A DNA stretch of 64,000 nucleotides, from assembly GCA_964502585.1 (NCBI GenBank), contig CAZCXJ010000002.1, forward strand, positions 65,473-129,472. Direction: 5' to 3'. The notes beneath the pieces are model-generated. The model ran no database searches. It was not told where the DNA came from and saw nothing but the letters and a program-made list of their open reading frames with translations. A program made the translations under genes and the position numbers. This stretch comes from an uncultured Candidatus Halobonum sp. Lineage in GTDB: Archaea > Halobacteriota > Halobacteria > Halobacteriales > Haloferacaceae. The stretch's first letter is position 1. Each line of letters begins with the position of its first letter. Below, in pieces: positions 1 to 8,816 of this stretch.

Positions 1-798
1 GCCGGTGGCGTCGAGAGCATGTCGAGAGTTCCGATGGATGAGGATACCTATCAGTACCTCCATCCGGGCCTCTCGGAACGGTACAACGTGTTTCAGCTCC
101 AGATGGGAATGACAGCAGAAAAGGTTGCGAACGTCCACGATGTTTCCCGACGGACCCAGGACGAGTATGCGCTCCGAAGCCACGAGCGGGCAGCCGCTGC
201 AACCGATTCCGGTCGGTTCGACAAGGAGATCGTGCCCGTCGAGACGGACGAGGGAACTGTGTCGGAAGACGAAGGGATTCGTCGGGACACGTCATTGGAG
301 GCGTTGGCTGACCTTCCCCCGGCGTTTACTGGGGACGGGTCAGTAACGGCAGGCAACTCTTCACAGATTTCAGACGGGGCTGCAGCAACGTTGGTCACGA
401 GCGTCGAGTTCGCGACCGATCACGGCCTGGACGTTCTCGCGGAGGTGGGGACTAACAGCGTTGCGGGTGTAGATCCGACTGTAATGGGTATCGGACCGGT
501 ACCCGCGACCCGCGGCCTCTTGGACCGGGCAGAACGATCGATCGAGGAATACGGCCTAGTCGAACTGAACGAGGCGTTCGCCTCCCAGTGTGTGTATGCC
601 CGCGACGAACTGGGCATTGATCCCGACAAGTTCAACGTCAACGGCGGGGCTATCGCGCTCGGTCATCCATTGGGCGCCTCCGGAGCGCGGTTACCGGTCA
701 CACTGATTCACGAGATGATCGAGCGGGACGTCGATCGAGGGCTTGCGACGCTGTGCGTGGGATTCGGCCAAGGCGCTGCGATCGAATTCTCCAGGTAG
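1..798 (+). CDS. acetyl-CoA C-acyltransferase (thiolase), C-terminal part; 5' end lies outside the window
   Basis: Frame open from base 1. C-terminal thiolase signature NGGAIALGHPLGASGARL and catalytic-Cys region CVGFGQG. Confidence 0.8.
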   Translation, partial: AGGVESMSRVPMDEDTYQYLHPGLSERYNVFQLQMGMTAEKVANVHDVSRRTQDEYALRSHERAAAATDSGRFDKEIVPVETDEGTVSEDEGIRRDTSLEALADLPPAFTGDGSVTAGNSSQISDGAAATLVTSVEFATDHGLDVLAEVGTNSVAGVDPTVMGIGPVPATRGLLDRAERSIEEYGLVELNEAFASQCVYARDELGIDPDKFNVNGGAIALGHPLGASGARLPVTLIHEMIERDVDRGLATLCVGFGQGAAIEFSR

Positions 799-1391
799 CG
801 GGGAACGGGCGGCCCGGGGCGATAAAACGGGATGCGTTGCTGAGAAGTCGCCTCCAGATCCGTGTTCGGAAGGCCCCGTGGAACGAGTTCGGAGGGGTTT
901 ACCAGGACTCTACTGTGCCTTCCCGGACGTCCTCCGCACAGCCCTCGCAATCAGGGTGCCTAGCCTCGAAACACCCGGGTCGGCCCTTCTCGTCAATGTT
1001 AACAGTACGTTGCTCCGCGTACCGGCGACAAACGATACGTACATTCCCGTCCGCGTCCGTTGGAAGATCGAACTCGGAAGCTGGATTGGATCGGGCACGG
1101 CCGTTTTGATAGGCGTGCCGCGATCGTTCGACCGTCCGACCAGCCTCCCGCATCTGTTGATAGATTGCTCGTCGGAGACGGTCACGCAGTCCCATGTGAG
1201 ATGGTCGGTCGGCTGGCATTATCAGTCCGTTGCCGGAAACCGGCCTGAAGGGTGCGACTCTCGGTTCGAGCGCTCGGGTCATGGAACGATCGCCGGAGTT
1301 TCACTTTCACTCCGCTATCGACGGGTTCAAGCCGAGGGCGGAACAAGAACTAGACGCCTCCCATTGAAAACACCGCGGAGGCAGGAGAACA

Positions 1392-2324
1392 ATGGCAGAC
1401 CTGCGAGCACACGCGGAAGAGATAGCCGAACAGTTTTCGGACCACTTGAGTTTGGATGCTGACGAGGTCGAGGACCGGCTCGAAGACCTCGTCCACGAGT
1501 ACAGTGTTCCGGTCGAGGAGGCACGACGGAGCGTCACGAATGCCTACCTCAATGAGGCCGGCGTCGAACGGGAGGAAATCGGATCAAGTGGTGGTAACGA
1601 GCGCGCGTTTGTCGGAGAAATCGATGCTGATGAACAGTGGATCGACCTTCGCGTAAAGGTGGTGGACCTTTGGGAGCCCCGTCACGAGTCGATTGACCAG
1701 GTCGGGCTGATTGGCGATGAGACGGGGACCCTCAAGTTCACCAAGTGGGCCGTCTCGGATTTGCCCGAACTACAGGAAGGCTCCTCCTATGCCCTCTCGA
1801 ACGTCGTCACCGACGAATACGAGGGCAGTTACTCGGTGAAGCTGAACCAGACGACAACCATCGAAGAACTCGATGAAGAAATCGAGGTAGGCGATGATTC
1901 AACGACCATCGAAGGAGCGCTTGTCGACGTGCAGTCCGGTTCAGGACTCATCAAACGATGCCCGGTAGATGGATGTACACGGGTCCTTCAGAACGGACGC
2001 TGCACCGAGCATGGGGACGTAGACGGGGAGTTTGACCTTCGGATCAAGGCCGTCATCGATGACGGCGAGACTGTCCAGGAGGTAATCTTCGATCGGGAAG
2101 CGACCGAGGAGTTTACCGGAATCACTCTCGAGGAGGCGAAAGCGATGGCCAAGGACGCGCTGGACACGGCAGTGGTTGCGGATGAAATGGAGGCGGATAT
2201 CGTGGGCCGGTACTACCACGTGTCAGGGCCGACGTACGGTCGGTACGTGCTGGCCGACGAGTTCCGCGAACTTGGCGGACCGGTCGATGCGGAAGACGTC
2301 CTGATCAAAGCGAGGTCGATCTGA
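1392..2324 (+). CDS. rpa3: replication protein A (single OB-fold plus zinc finger), haloarchaeal RPA3-type
   Basis: 310 aa, acidic. C4-type motif CPVDGCTRVLQNGRCTEHG after an OB-fold region. Immediately followed (1-nt gap) by an RPA-associated protein gene, as in haloarchaeal rpa3-rpap3 operons. Confidence 0.65.
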   Translation: MADLRAHAEEIAEQFSDHLSLDADEVEDRLEDLVHEYSVPVEEARRSVTNAYLNEAGVEREEIGSSGGNERAFVGEIDADEQWIDLRVKVVDLWEPRHESIDQVGLIGDETGTLKFTKWAVSDLPELQEGSSYALSNVVTDEYEGSYSVKLNQTTTIEELDEEIEVGDDSTTIEGALVDVQSGSGLIKRCPVDGCTRVLQNGRCTEHGDVDGEFDLRIKAVIDDGETVQEVIFDREATEEFTGITLEEAKAMAKDALDTAVVADEMEADIVGRYYHVSGPTYGRYVLADEFRELGGPVDAEDVLIKARSI

Positions 2325-2325
2325 T

Positions 2326-2934
2326 ATGAGCACAACCGACACGCCGACACGCGAGGTCGCTCGCCGCGTTTTTGCGGCGGAGTTCAACGACGCAGGCTAC
2401 ACGTTCAAAGAAAGCGACGACGAACGCGCTCCGGTCTATTTGCTTCTCCCGACGGGTGAGCGGGCAAACCGTGTGTTCGTCGTCGGCACCCTTACTGAAG
2501 CGGAAGACGTGGGCGACGACAGTGAATATTGGCGTGGACGGATCGTCGACCCGACTGGAACGTTTTTCGTCTACGCGGGACAGTATCAGCCGGAGGCCGC
2601 CTCGGCGTTGCGCGACCTAGAGCCGCCGGCGTACGTGGCGATCGTCGGGAAGCCCCGGACATACGAGACGGATGATGGGGGGGTCAACGTCTCGGTCCGA
2701 CCGGAATCAATTACGCCCGTCGAGGCAGCCACTCGCAATCGCTGGGTGGTGGAGACCGCCGAGCGAACGGTCGATCGGGTCCAGCGGTTCAACGAACAGA
2801 CCAACGAGTACGCGGCGATGGCTCGGGAAGAGTACGAAACGTCGGCGGAAGAGTACGCGGCCGCGGCTGTCAGCGCGCTCGAGTCTCTCGAGGAGGGCGA
2901 CGAACTCCACGGGGAACCGGAACCGACCGCCTGA
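2326..2934 (+). CDS. rpap3: RPA-associated protein (OB-fold, COG3390-like)
   Basis: 202 aa; N-terminal OB-fold-like region (VFVVGTLTE...VYAGQYQ); position directly downstream of rpa. Confidence 0.55.
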   Translation: MSTTDTPTREVARRVFAAEFNDAGYTFKESDDERAPVYLLLPTGERANRVFVVGTLTEAEDVGDDSEYWRGRIVDPTGTFFVYAGQYQPEAASALRDLEPPAYVAIVGKPRTYETDDGGVNVSVRPESITPVEAATRNRWVVETAERTVDRVQRFNEQTNEYAAMAREEYETSAEEYAAAAVSALESLEEGDELHGEPEPTA

Positions 2935-3031
2935 CGATCAACGGGCCAGGCCGGGGTCCCTCCCAAGACCTGGAGTCGTGTCGCCAGGCAAGATTTATAT
3001 GTGGCTCAGCAGAATAGTGTGAACGATTCAC

Positions 3032-3199
3032 ATGACCATCGGGCCCGGATCGTCCAGCGGGAGAAACGGCCGCGACTCCGACAACTGGGACGACACGACC
3101 CCGAGTTGTCAGGAACTCTATGACGAAGCGCCGGACTGGAGTCCGGACGACGAGACGGGAACCGGGATACTGCGTCGACTCTCCGAGTTTATCGACTGA
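3032..3199 (+). CDS. possible small acidic protein (55 aa), unannotated in ORF track
   Basis: ATG at 3032, TGA at 3197. Translation MTIGPGSSSGRNGRDSDNWDDTTPSCQELYDEAPDWSPDDETGTGILRRLSEFID is strongly acidic and halophile-like. Sits in an otherwise empty 340-nt gap. Confidence 0.25.
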   Translation: MTIGPGSSSGRNGRDSDNWDDTTPSCQELYDEAPDWSPDDETGTGILRRLSEFID

Positions 3200-3276
3200 C
3201 AGCGAGCCGTCAGCCGCGTGTTCGACGGGCGCAGAGACGTTTATACGAGAGCAGCACATACCACCCACCCAAGCGG

Positions 3277-3993
3277 ATGGAAGAGAGCATCTCCGGGTTT
3301 AAGATCCGTGGCGACTGGGGCGACGTTGTAGAACACGGCGAGCGGATCACGAGCGCGCTTCGGGAAGCAGGCATGGATAGAATCGGGCGTGAGGCGTTCA
3401 CGGAGTGGAACGAGTGGAGGCCGAAGGCTGACGAACGCCTCGCCGAAGATGTGAGTGAAAAGACCGCCGAACAGGCCAGCGTGAGCGAAGGTAAGGGAGA
3501 GAAAGCAGGTAAGACGCCCGAGGAGGATCTTCAGGAGGCAGGCGAGAAGCTCGCTGATTCCTATCAGAAGGCCGGCCAGGGTGACGATCGAGGGGCCGTC
3601 GAATCCTGGCAGGACTCGATCGATCACGTCGCTCGTGCCGCAGACTCGGCAGGACGAAAGGCGGTCCGAGCCGTCGAAAACACCGTCTATCAAAACGTGA
3701 TGACACAGCTTGCACCCTATTATTTCGATAACGAACTCGTTTCCGCGAACGTCCAGAAGACGACCCGGGGCGAGGGTGAAGGCCCGGAGTTCGTCTTCGA
3801 GGTGGACATCAACGACGATGACCTCAAGTCAGAGGTGTCAGACCGTCTCGCCGACTACGAGGACCAGGTGGACCGGTGGCACGTCGATACCGAAAAAGAG
3901 GTGAAAAACGTCGAGGCCGCCGAAGGGGCGGAACCTCCCGAATCGACAACGGAAGACCGCACTGACGGAGGGGCCAAATCCACGACGAACTGA
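3277..3993 (+). CDS. hypothetical acidic protein
   Basis: 238 aa ORF; very acidic, halophile-like composition; no recognisable catalytic motif. Confidence 0.5.
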   Translation: MEESISGFKIRGDWGDVVEHGERITSALREAGMDRIGREAFTEWNEWRPKADERLAEDVSEKTAEQASVSEGKGEKAGKTPEEDLQEAGEKLADSYQKAGQGDDRGAVESWQDSIDHVARAADSAGRKAVRAVENTVYQNVMTQLAPYYFDNELVSANVQKTTRGEGEGPEFVFEVDINDDDLKSEVSDRLADYEDQVDRWHVDTEKEVKNVEAAEGAEPPESTTEDRTDGGAKSTTN

Positions 3994-4059
3994 TTCAGAA
4001 CGTGCGAGTCGGAATCCGCCAAACGTCACCACAAGGCCCCAGGGTGTCTGTAACCGTCA

Positions 4060-4518
4060 TCAGACGGGCTGTTTCAACTCGATACGGTATCCGAACGGGT
4101 CCCTGATGTAGACTGCGGGGGCCCTGCCGGTTGCCCCCAGCGGGCGTTCGAGTTCCCGCTCGATACTCACCCCGGCGTCCGCGAGTTCGGCCCGAATCGA
4201 CTCGATCGGGTGTTCGACCGTCAGCGCCAGATGGTCGTAGTTCTCGTCGGATGGTTCAACGAACGCCTGAGTCGGCCAGAGATGGAGGATCGATCTCGCA
4301 GTAAGGCGGACGTCGAAGAACGGAGTTTCGCCCGACTCGTATCGTTCCAGTCCCTCGATATCGAAGCCCAGAGCATCGCCGTAGAAATCGGCCGCCTGTT
4401 CGACGCTGTCAGCCGGGATACGGAGGTTGAGATGATCGATTGTGCGGACGTTCACATACGCTCGGTGGTTCGTCGCCGGTAGAAGTCTAACGGTCGAGAG
4501 GGTCTGCGTTTCTGACAC
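4060..4518 (-). CDS. VOC family protein (glyoxalase/bleomycin-resistance/dioxygenase fold)
   Basis: 152 aa; IDHLNLRIPADSVEQAADFYGDALGF and C-terminal AVYIRDPFGYRIEL, typical paired beta-alpha-beta-beta-beta VOC modules. Confidence 0.7.
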   Translation of the reverse strand: MSETQTLSTVRLLPATNHRAYVNVRTIDHLNLRIPADSVEQAADFYGDALGFDIEGLERYESGETPFFDVRLTARSILHLWPTQAFVEPSDENYDHLALTVEHPIESIRAELADAGVSIERELERPLGATGRAPAVYIRDPFGYRIELKQPV

Positions 4519-4604
4519 GAACGCGTTCCACGTCCGACGTTGTTGGTCGGCAGGGAGTCATCGTCTCGGTAGGAATATAACAGGGGAACTGTTGATTCAG
4601 AACG

Positions 4605-4850
4605 ATGGACCCGCTCCGTGTCAACGCTGGCGAGTTGACCATCACCGAGATTTTGGAGGCGGTGGAGGAGGGTCGACGGGTCGTTGTGACCACAGAGATG
4701 TTTGGTGAATCCCAGGAGGTCACCCTCCGCCACGACGGCGAGACGTTCTACTGTGATACCCCGACCCGACTCCACAAGCATACGGACCAGGCAGAAATGC
4801 GTACTTGTATCGAAAACATGGGGTATGGCACGCAGGAGTCGGAGGGATGA
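4605..4850 (+). CDS. small hypothetical protein (81 aa)
   Basis: Acidic ORF with CDTP...C pair; fits the gap between flanking minus-strand genes. Confidence 0.4.
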   Translation: MDPLRVNAGELTITEILEAVEEGRRVVVTTEMFGESQEVTLRHDGETFYCDTPTRLHKHTDQAEMRTCIENMGYGTQESEG

Positions 4851-4861
4851 GGCCAACCGCG

Positions 4862-5251
4862 TCACTGGTCGACGAGCTCGATACTATCGTCTCCGTTCGG
4901 AACAACACACAGGAATGCCCCTTCCTCGTCGGTGTCGTTCCGGTACCAGTGGACTGTTCCGGCAGGAATCAAAAGGGCATCGCCAGCTGAGACGTCGTGT
5001 TCGGTGTCCCCAATCCCAACGGTATACCGGCCATCAAGCACGTACTGCTCGTGCTCAACCGCGTTGGTGTGTTTCGGAACGTCGGCGTCGGGGGCAAGTG
5101 TAAACCTTCGGATGGCGAAGTTCGGGGCCCCGTCCGAGTCATCCAACAGGACCCCCTTCCGGAGCCCGTCTGCCGCGGCAACTGTTTCGTACTCAACGGC
5201 CTCACCATGCTTGACAACCGGGACCGTACCGCTGGAGTGGGTCTCGCTCAT
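4862..5251 (-). CDS. cupin domain protein
   Basis: 129 aa; two-His cupin motifs (PKHTNAVEHEQYVLDG ... GDALLIPAGTVHWYRN). Confidence 0.7.
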   Translation of the reverse strand: MSETHSSGTVPVVKHGEAVEYETVAAADGLRKGVLLDDSDGAPNFAIRRFTLAPDADVPKHTNAVEHEQYVLDGRYTVGIGDTEHDVSAGDALLIPAGTVHWYRNDTDEEGAFLCVVPNGDDSIELVDQ

Positions 5252-5354
5252 ATGGGCACCTACGAGCGGGGGGTTGATAACCGCTCCCGACCGGAAGGTG
5301 GCGGAGAGCCGGAGTGATGCCCGGCTTTAAGCCCTGCGAGGGGCAAACGCGCGT

Positions 5355-6536
5355 ATGCGTGGTATTCAGGTCGGACGAGCTTTCGGAATCCCGATCCGGC
5401 TCGACGTGACATTCCTGCTCGTTCTCCCGCTGTTCGCATACCTGATCGCGGTTCAGGTCGGACGGTTCACGGAAGTCGTCAACGAAATCTTCGGTACGGC
5501 GATCCCCGCCGATGGGCTGACAGGTGGGTTTCTCCCGTTCCTCATCGGGGCGGTAGCAGCCATCGGCCTGTTCGGGTCGGTCCTGCTTCACGAGTTCGGC
5601 CACTCGTTGACTGCGATGCGATACGGGTACGAGATCGAGTCGATCACACTCTGGCTGTTCGGGGGTGTCGCCCGCTTCAAAGAGATGCCCGAGGAGTGGA
5701 AACAGGAGTTGGTGATCGCGCTCGCGGGCCCAGTAGTAAGCGTCGCGCTTGGAGTCATCGGCTTCGTGGGGTTCCAGTTCGTCCCTGCGTTCCCGGCCCT
5801 ACAATACGTCGTTGCGTACCTAACACTCATGAACCTCGTTTTGGCTGGCTTCAACATGCTTCCGGGATTCCCGATGGACGGGGGACGCGTGCTCCGGGCA
5901 CTGCTTGCCCGCTCTCAACCGTACGCGAAGGCCACGCAACAGGCGGCAGCGGTGGGAAAAGTCTTCGCGCTCCTGCTCGGCCTGTTCGGTCTCCTCAATT
6001 TCGATATCATCACGATGGGACTCGCTTTCTTCATCTACATCGCCGCCGCAGGGGAAGCCCAGCAGACCGTGATGCGGGCAGCCTTCGAAGACGTCACGGT
6101 ACGAGACATTATGACGCCACGAACGGAGTTGCATACTGTAACCCCGGACACCTCCGTTGCCGAGTTGATCGAACGGATGTTTCGAGAACGCCACACCGGG
6201 TATCCCGTCCTAGAGGGTGGAAGGTTGGCGGGCATGGTGACTCTCGACGACGCCCAAACGGTCCGGGAGGTGGAACGGGAGGCGTTCGAGGTCCGAGAGG
6301 TCATGGCGACCGATGTGATCAGTATCGCCCCGGACGCCGACGCGATCAGCGCCCTCGAAACGATGCAAGAACACGGGGTCGGACGCTTGCCCGTGCTCGG
6401 CGAGGACGACGAACTCGTCGGGCTCGTCTCGCGGTCGGATCTGATGACTGCTTTCGACATCATCCAGTCGAGCGGATCGAGTGAAACCATCCGACTCGGC
6501 CGAGAAGAAGGAGCACCATCACTCCGCGCGGAGTGA
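5355..6536 (+). CDS. site-2 protease family (M50) metalloprotease with tandem CBS domains
   Basis: HEFGH zinc motif, multiple TM segments, LxGFNMLPGFPMDGGRVL motif, C-terminal CBS pair (VRDIMTP..., VMATDVISIAPD...). Confidence 0.85.
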   Translation: MRGIQVGRAFGIPIRLDVTFLLVLPLFAYLIAVQVGRFTEVVNEIFGTAIPADGLTGGFLPFLIGAVAAIGLFGSVLLHEFGHSLTAMRYGYEIESITLWLFGGVARFKEMPEEWKQELVIALAGPVVSVALGVIGFVGFQFVPAFPALQYVVAYLTLMNLVLAGFNMLPGFPMDGGRVLRALLARSQPYAKATQQAAAVGKVFALLLGLFGLLNFDIITMGLAFFIYIAAAGEAQQTVMRAAFEDVTVRDIMTPRTELHTVTPDTSVAELIERMFRERHTGYPVLEGGRLAGMVTLDDAQTVREVEREAFEVREVMATDVISIAPDADAISALETMQEHGVGRLPVLGEDDELVGLVSRSDLMTAFDIIQSSGSSETIRLGREEGAPSLRAE

Positions 6537-6635
6537 ACCGCGAGCAAACCGGCATCGAGGATTGGTCGACATCGATGAAACGAACGGAGGTCGGGAGTCC
6601 GTTCGGGCGATCCGGTCGGCTCGCGGGGAACTCAA

Positions 6636-6707
6636 GTCCGGGCGCGGGAATTGAACCCGCGTCTCAGCCCCCACAAGGCTGAAGGATACCACTACCCCAG
6701 CCCGGAC
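6636..6707 (-). tRNA. tRNA-His (GUG) with genomically encoded G-1
   Basis: Reverse complement folds as a cloverleaf: acceptor TCCGGGC/GCCCGGA, T-arm GCGGG-TTCAATT-CCCGC, anticodon stem CAGCC/GGCTG with loop TTGTGGG (anticodon GTG). Extra 5' G opposite discriminator C. No CCA encoded. Confidence 0.8.
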
Positions 6708-6830
6708 ACGGGTACGAGTATCCGGGTCCGAGTCAAATACGTTTCGACTGCTCTAGGGACTGGATCGTGACCCCCGTTGTGCGGCCTGGACGCACCGTCA
6801 CACGGACGCCCCGGGTTCATGTGAACTGCC

Positions 6831-7373
6831 ATGCTACCGTCTACCATGCTACGGATAGGACAGACCGCTCCGGACTTCGAACTTCCAGGGGCCGATCCAG
6901 GTGGCGTGGACCGACACGCGTTGACCGACTACACGAGCCGAGGATGGGCGGTCGTGCTCGTATTTTACCCGGTCGATTTTCACCCGTCCTGTACCGATCA
7001 GATGTGTTCGCTGCGCGACGCTGACTGGCTTACGACGGTTGAAGACGCCGTGGTCTTGGGAATCGGAGGTGACAGCGTGTATGCACACCGCGAATACGGC
7101 TCCGCTCACGATATCAACTATCCGTTGTTAGCGGACTCCGACGGGGCAGTGAGCCAAGCCTATGGGGTGCTTGCCGAAGAGTTCGAGGGGCACCGAAAGG
7201 TCCCGGAGCGAGCGCTGTTCGTCGTCGACCCGGATCGTAACGTTCAGCTGACATGGCGGGCGTCTACATCGGAAGACCGTCCGGATCTTGACTCGATTCG
7301 AAAGGCGACGAACTGCGTTGACGATCAGTGTCAGACCGATGCTGGTGAAGATCAGTCTGCCGCGTTCGATTAG
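6831..7373 (+). CDS. peroxiredoxin-like (AhpC/TSA/redoxin family) protein
   Basis: GQTAPDFELPG...VVLVFYPVDFHPSCTDQ thioredoxin-fold peroxidase motif. The alternative start M6 (6846) gives the usual MLRIGQ N-terminus. Confidence 0.7.
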   Translation: MLPSTMLRIGQTAPDFELPGADPGGVDRHALTDYTSRGWAVVLVFYPVDFHPSCTDQMCSLRDADWLTTVEDAVVLGIGGDSVYAHREYGSAHDINYPLLADSDGAVSQAYGVLAEEFEGHRKVPERALFVVDPDRNVQLTWRASTSEDRPDLDSIRKATNCVDDQCQTDAGEDQSAAFD

Positions 7374-7471
7374 GAGGAGGGCTCCCCGAGGCTCGTCTTT
7401 CAATTCCGAGGACAGGCCTCGGGTTGTTCGAATCAGCGTATTTTTGTTCGTGACGACGATATTGTCACGTA

Positions 7472-7924
7472 GTGGCCATCACGGACAAGATCTACGTGAA
7501 GAACCATCGCCAAATCGCGTCCCAACTCGGAACCTCGATTCCGAAGGGCGCGTTTGCGGGAGCAACACTGGATCTGTTGTTTACCGGGGATCTGTCCGAG
7601 CTTGACGAGGCGACCCGTGAACGTGTTCTCGACTTCGCGGAGGACTTCCTCGACTGTGACTGTGAGAACAACCCGTACTGTGGACATCCGGAGCGGAAGT
7701 TCGTCCGGTACCTCTTGGAGCTCCGTTCGGAGGGGCTCGGACCCGAGGGGATCGTCGATGTGATGAGCGATGAGTACATGCTATACGCGTACCCGGGGGA
7801 CGTTCTCTCGTTTCTCGATGACGCCGTTCGGACCCTGGAAGCAGTCGAGTCACTGGCGGACGTCGAGGGGGATCCGGCGACCAGCAAACGGGCCCGGGAA
7901 GCCAGAGAAGCTCTGACGAACTAA
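7472..7924 (+). CDS. conserved hypothetical protein with Cys cluster (CDCENNPYCGHPE)
   Basis: 150 aa acidic ORF; C-x-C-x5-C-x-H motif suggests metal binding. Confidence 0.5.
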   Translation: MAITDKIYVKNHRQIASQLGTSIPKGAFAGATLDLLFTGDLSELDEATRERVLDFAEDFLDCDCENNPYCGHPERKFVRYLLELRSEGLGPEGIVDVMSDEYMLYAYPGDVLSFLDDAVRTLEAVESLADVEGDPATSKRAREAREALTN

Positions 7925-8219
7925 CCGTCGTATCGAGCGTGCATCCACTGGACGGCGGGCCACCAATCGTATCACTGAACGGTCCGATGACGCGGACGGC
8001 TGAACACCGGGGTTTTGGGTCGGGACATGGAGTGAACGAGTCATGCCCGACCACACACTGGGCCCGCGCGTCCTCGATGTCCTTCATCGGGGACGAAACG
8101 GTCGCCAGATCAGGCGCCAGTCGGTCGGTCAGCTGTGCCTCGTCAGCGGTCGATCGACAAACAGCCTGACACTCCATCCATGGGGGCGCCTTCAGACGAT
8201 CAAGTCGCAGGCAGAGAGA

Positions 8220-8636
8220 TTATCCGAGTTGGAACGGCTCGTCGCTGTCCGCCGTCGGCTCGTCATCGAGTTCGTCGAGGAGAATGACCTCCTCCTCGTC
8301 GCCCTCGTCCAACTTGTCGTGGAGGTAATTCACGTACCGCTTGTACTCGTCGAGTTGTTCCCGGAGGTGCTCGGCTTCAAGTTCCAAGCGCTCGTGCTCG
8401 CGGACGAAGCTCTTCGGAACCGTGACCTTCGGGGGGAACGCGGTCTCGTCATCCCCGGCCGCCTCGTATTCGTGCTCCGGGACCACGCGAACCTTGCCGT
8501 CATGGGCCACGAGCGCGTCGACGTAGTCTCGGAAGACGGCCGACAGCGAGAGATCACGCTGGTCGGCGATCTCACGTAGGGCCTCGAACGCGTCCTCGTT
8601 CACGCGAAACGAGACTGTTTTGTTTTTGTTCCCCAT
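8220..8636 (-). CDS. ribbon-helix-helix (CopG/Arc-like) DNA-binding protein with long acidic coiled-coil tail
   Basis: Start at internal MGNKNKTVSFRVNEDAFEALREIADQRDLSLSAVFRDYV, an RHH fold signature. The ORF is open up to 8732, but upstream residues look like non-coding read-through. Confidence 0.6.
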   Translation of the reverse strand: MGNKNKTVSFRVNEDAFEALREIADQRDLSLSAVFRDYVDALVAHDGKVRVVPEHEYEAAGDDETAFPPKVTVPKSFVREHERLELEAEHLREQLDEYKRYVNYLHDKLDEGDEEEVILLDELDDEPTADSDEPFQLG

Positions 8637-8816
8637 CGAGTTACTCTGTTCACTGCGCTCACTTAACGGTTCGTCAGACGAGTGTTCGACGAGGTTAGGA
8701 CCGCCCCTGGCCCGGGAGTGCACATCGGTCAAGCATCACAGACAAGACCCCGGACCATCGGGAGGGACCCGACACGACTTGGCCAGTCTGTCGACGAGCC
8801 GTGCCTTCATCAGGCT

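Noticed and set aside
899-1282. 127-aa minus-strand ORF with C...C...CxxC spacing in the 600-nt gap between thiolase and rpa
   Set aside because: Arg-rich, non-acidic composition atypical for this proteome. High-GC genomes generate long spurious ORFs. No supporting motif. I would only revive it if tblastn finds homologues.
5696-6484. 262-aa plus-strand ORF overlapping the S2P protease gene in another frame
   Set aside because: Extremely Arg/Gly-rich translation (RRRGSPADRDAGSLRRR...). Classic GC-rich alternate-frame artefact; the S2P frame has clear motifs.
7581-8177. 198-aa minus-strand ORF spanning the gap and part of the 7472-7924 gene
   Set aside because: Pro/Arg/Ser-rich, low-complexity, overlaps a better-supported gene. 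No motif.
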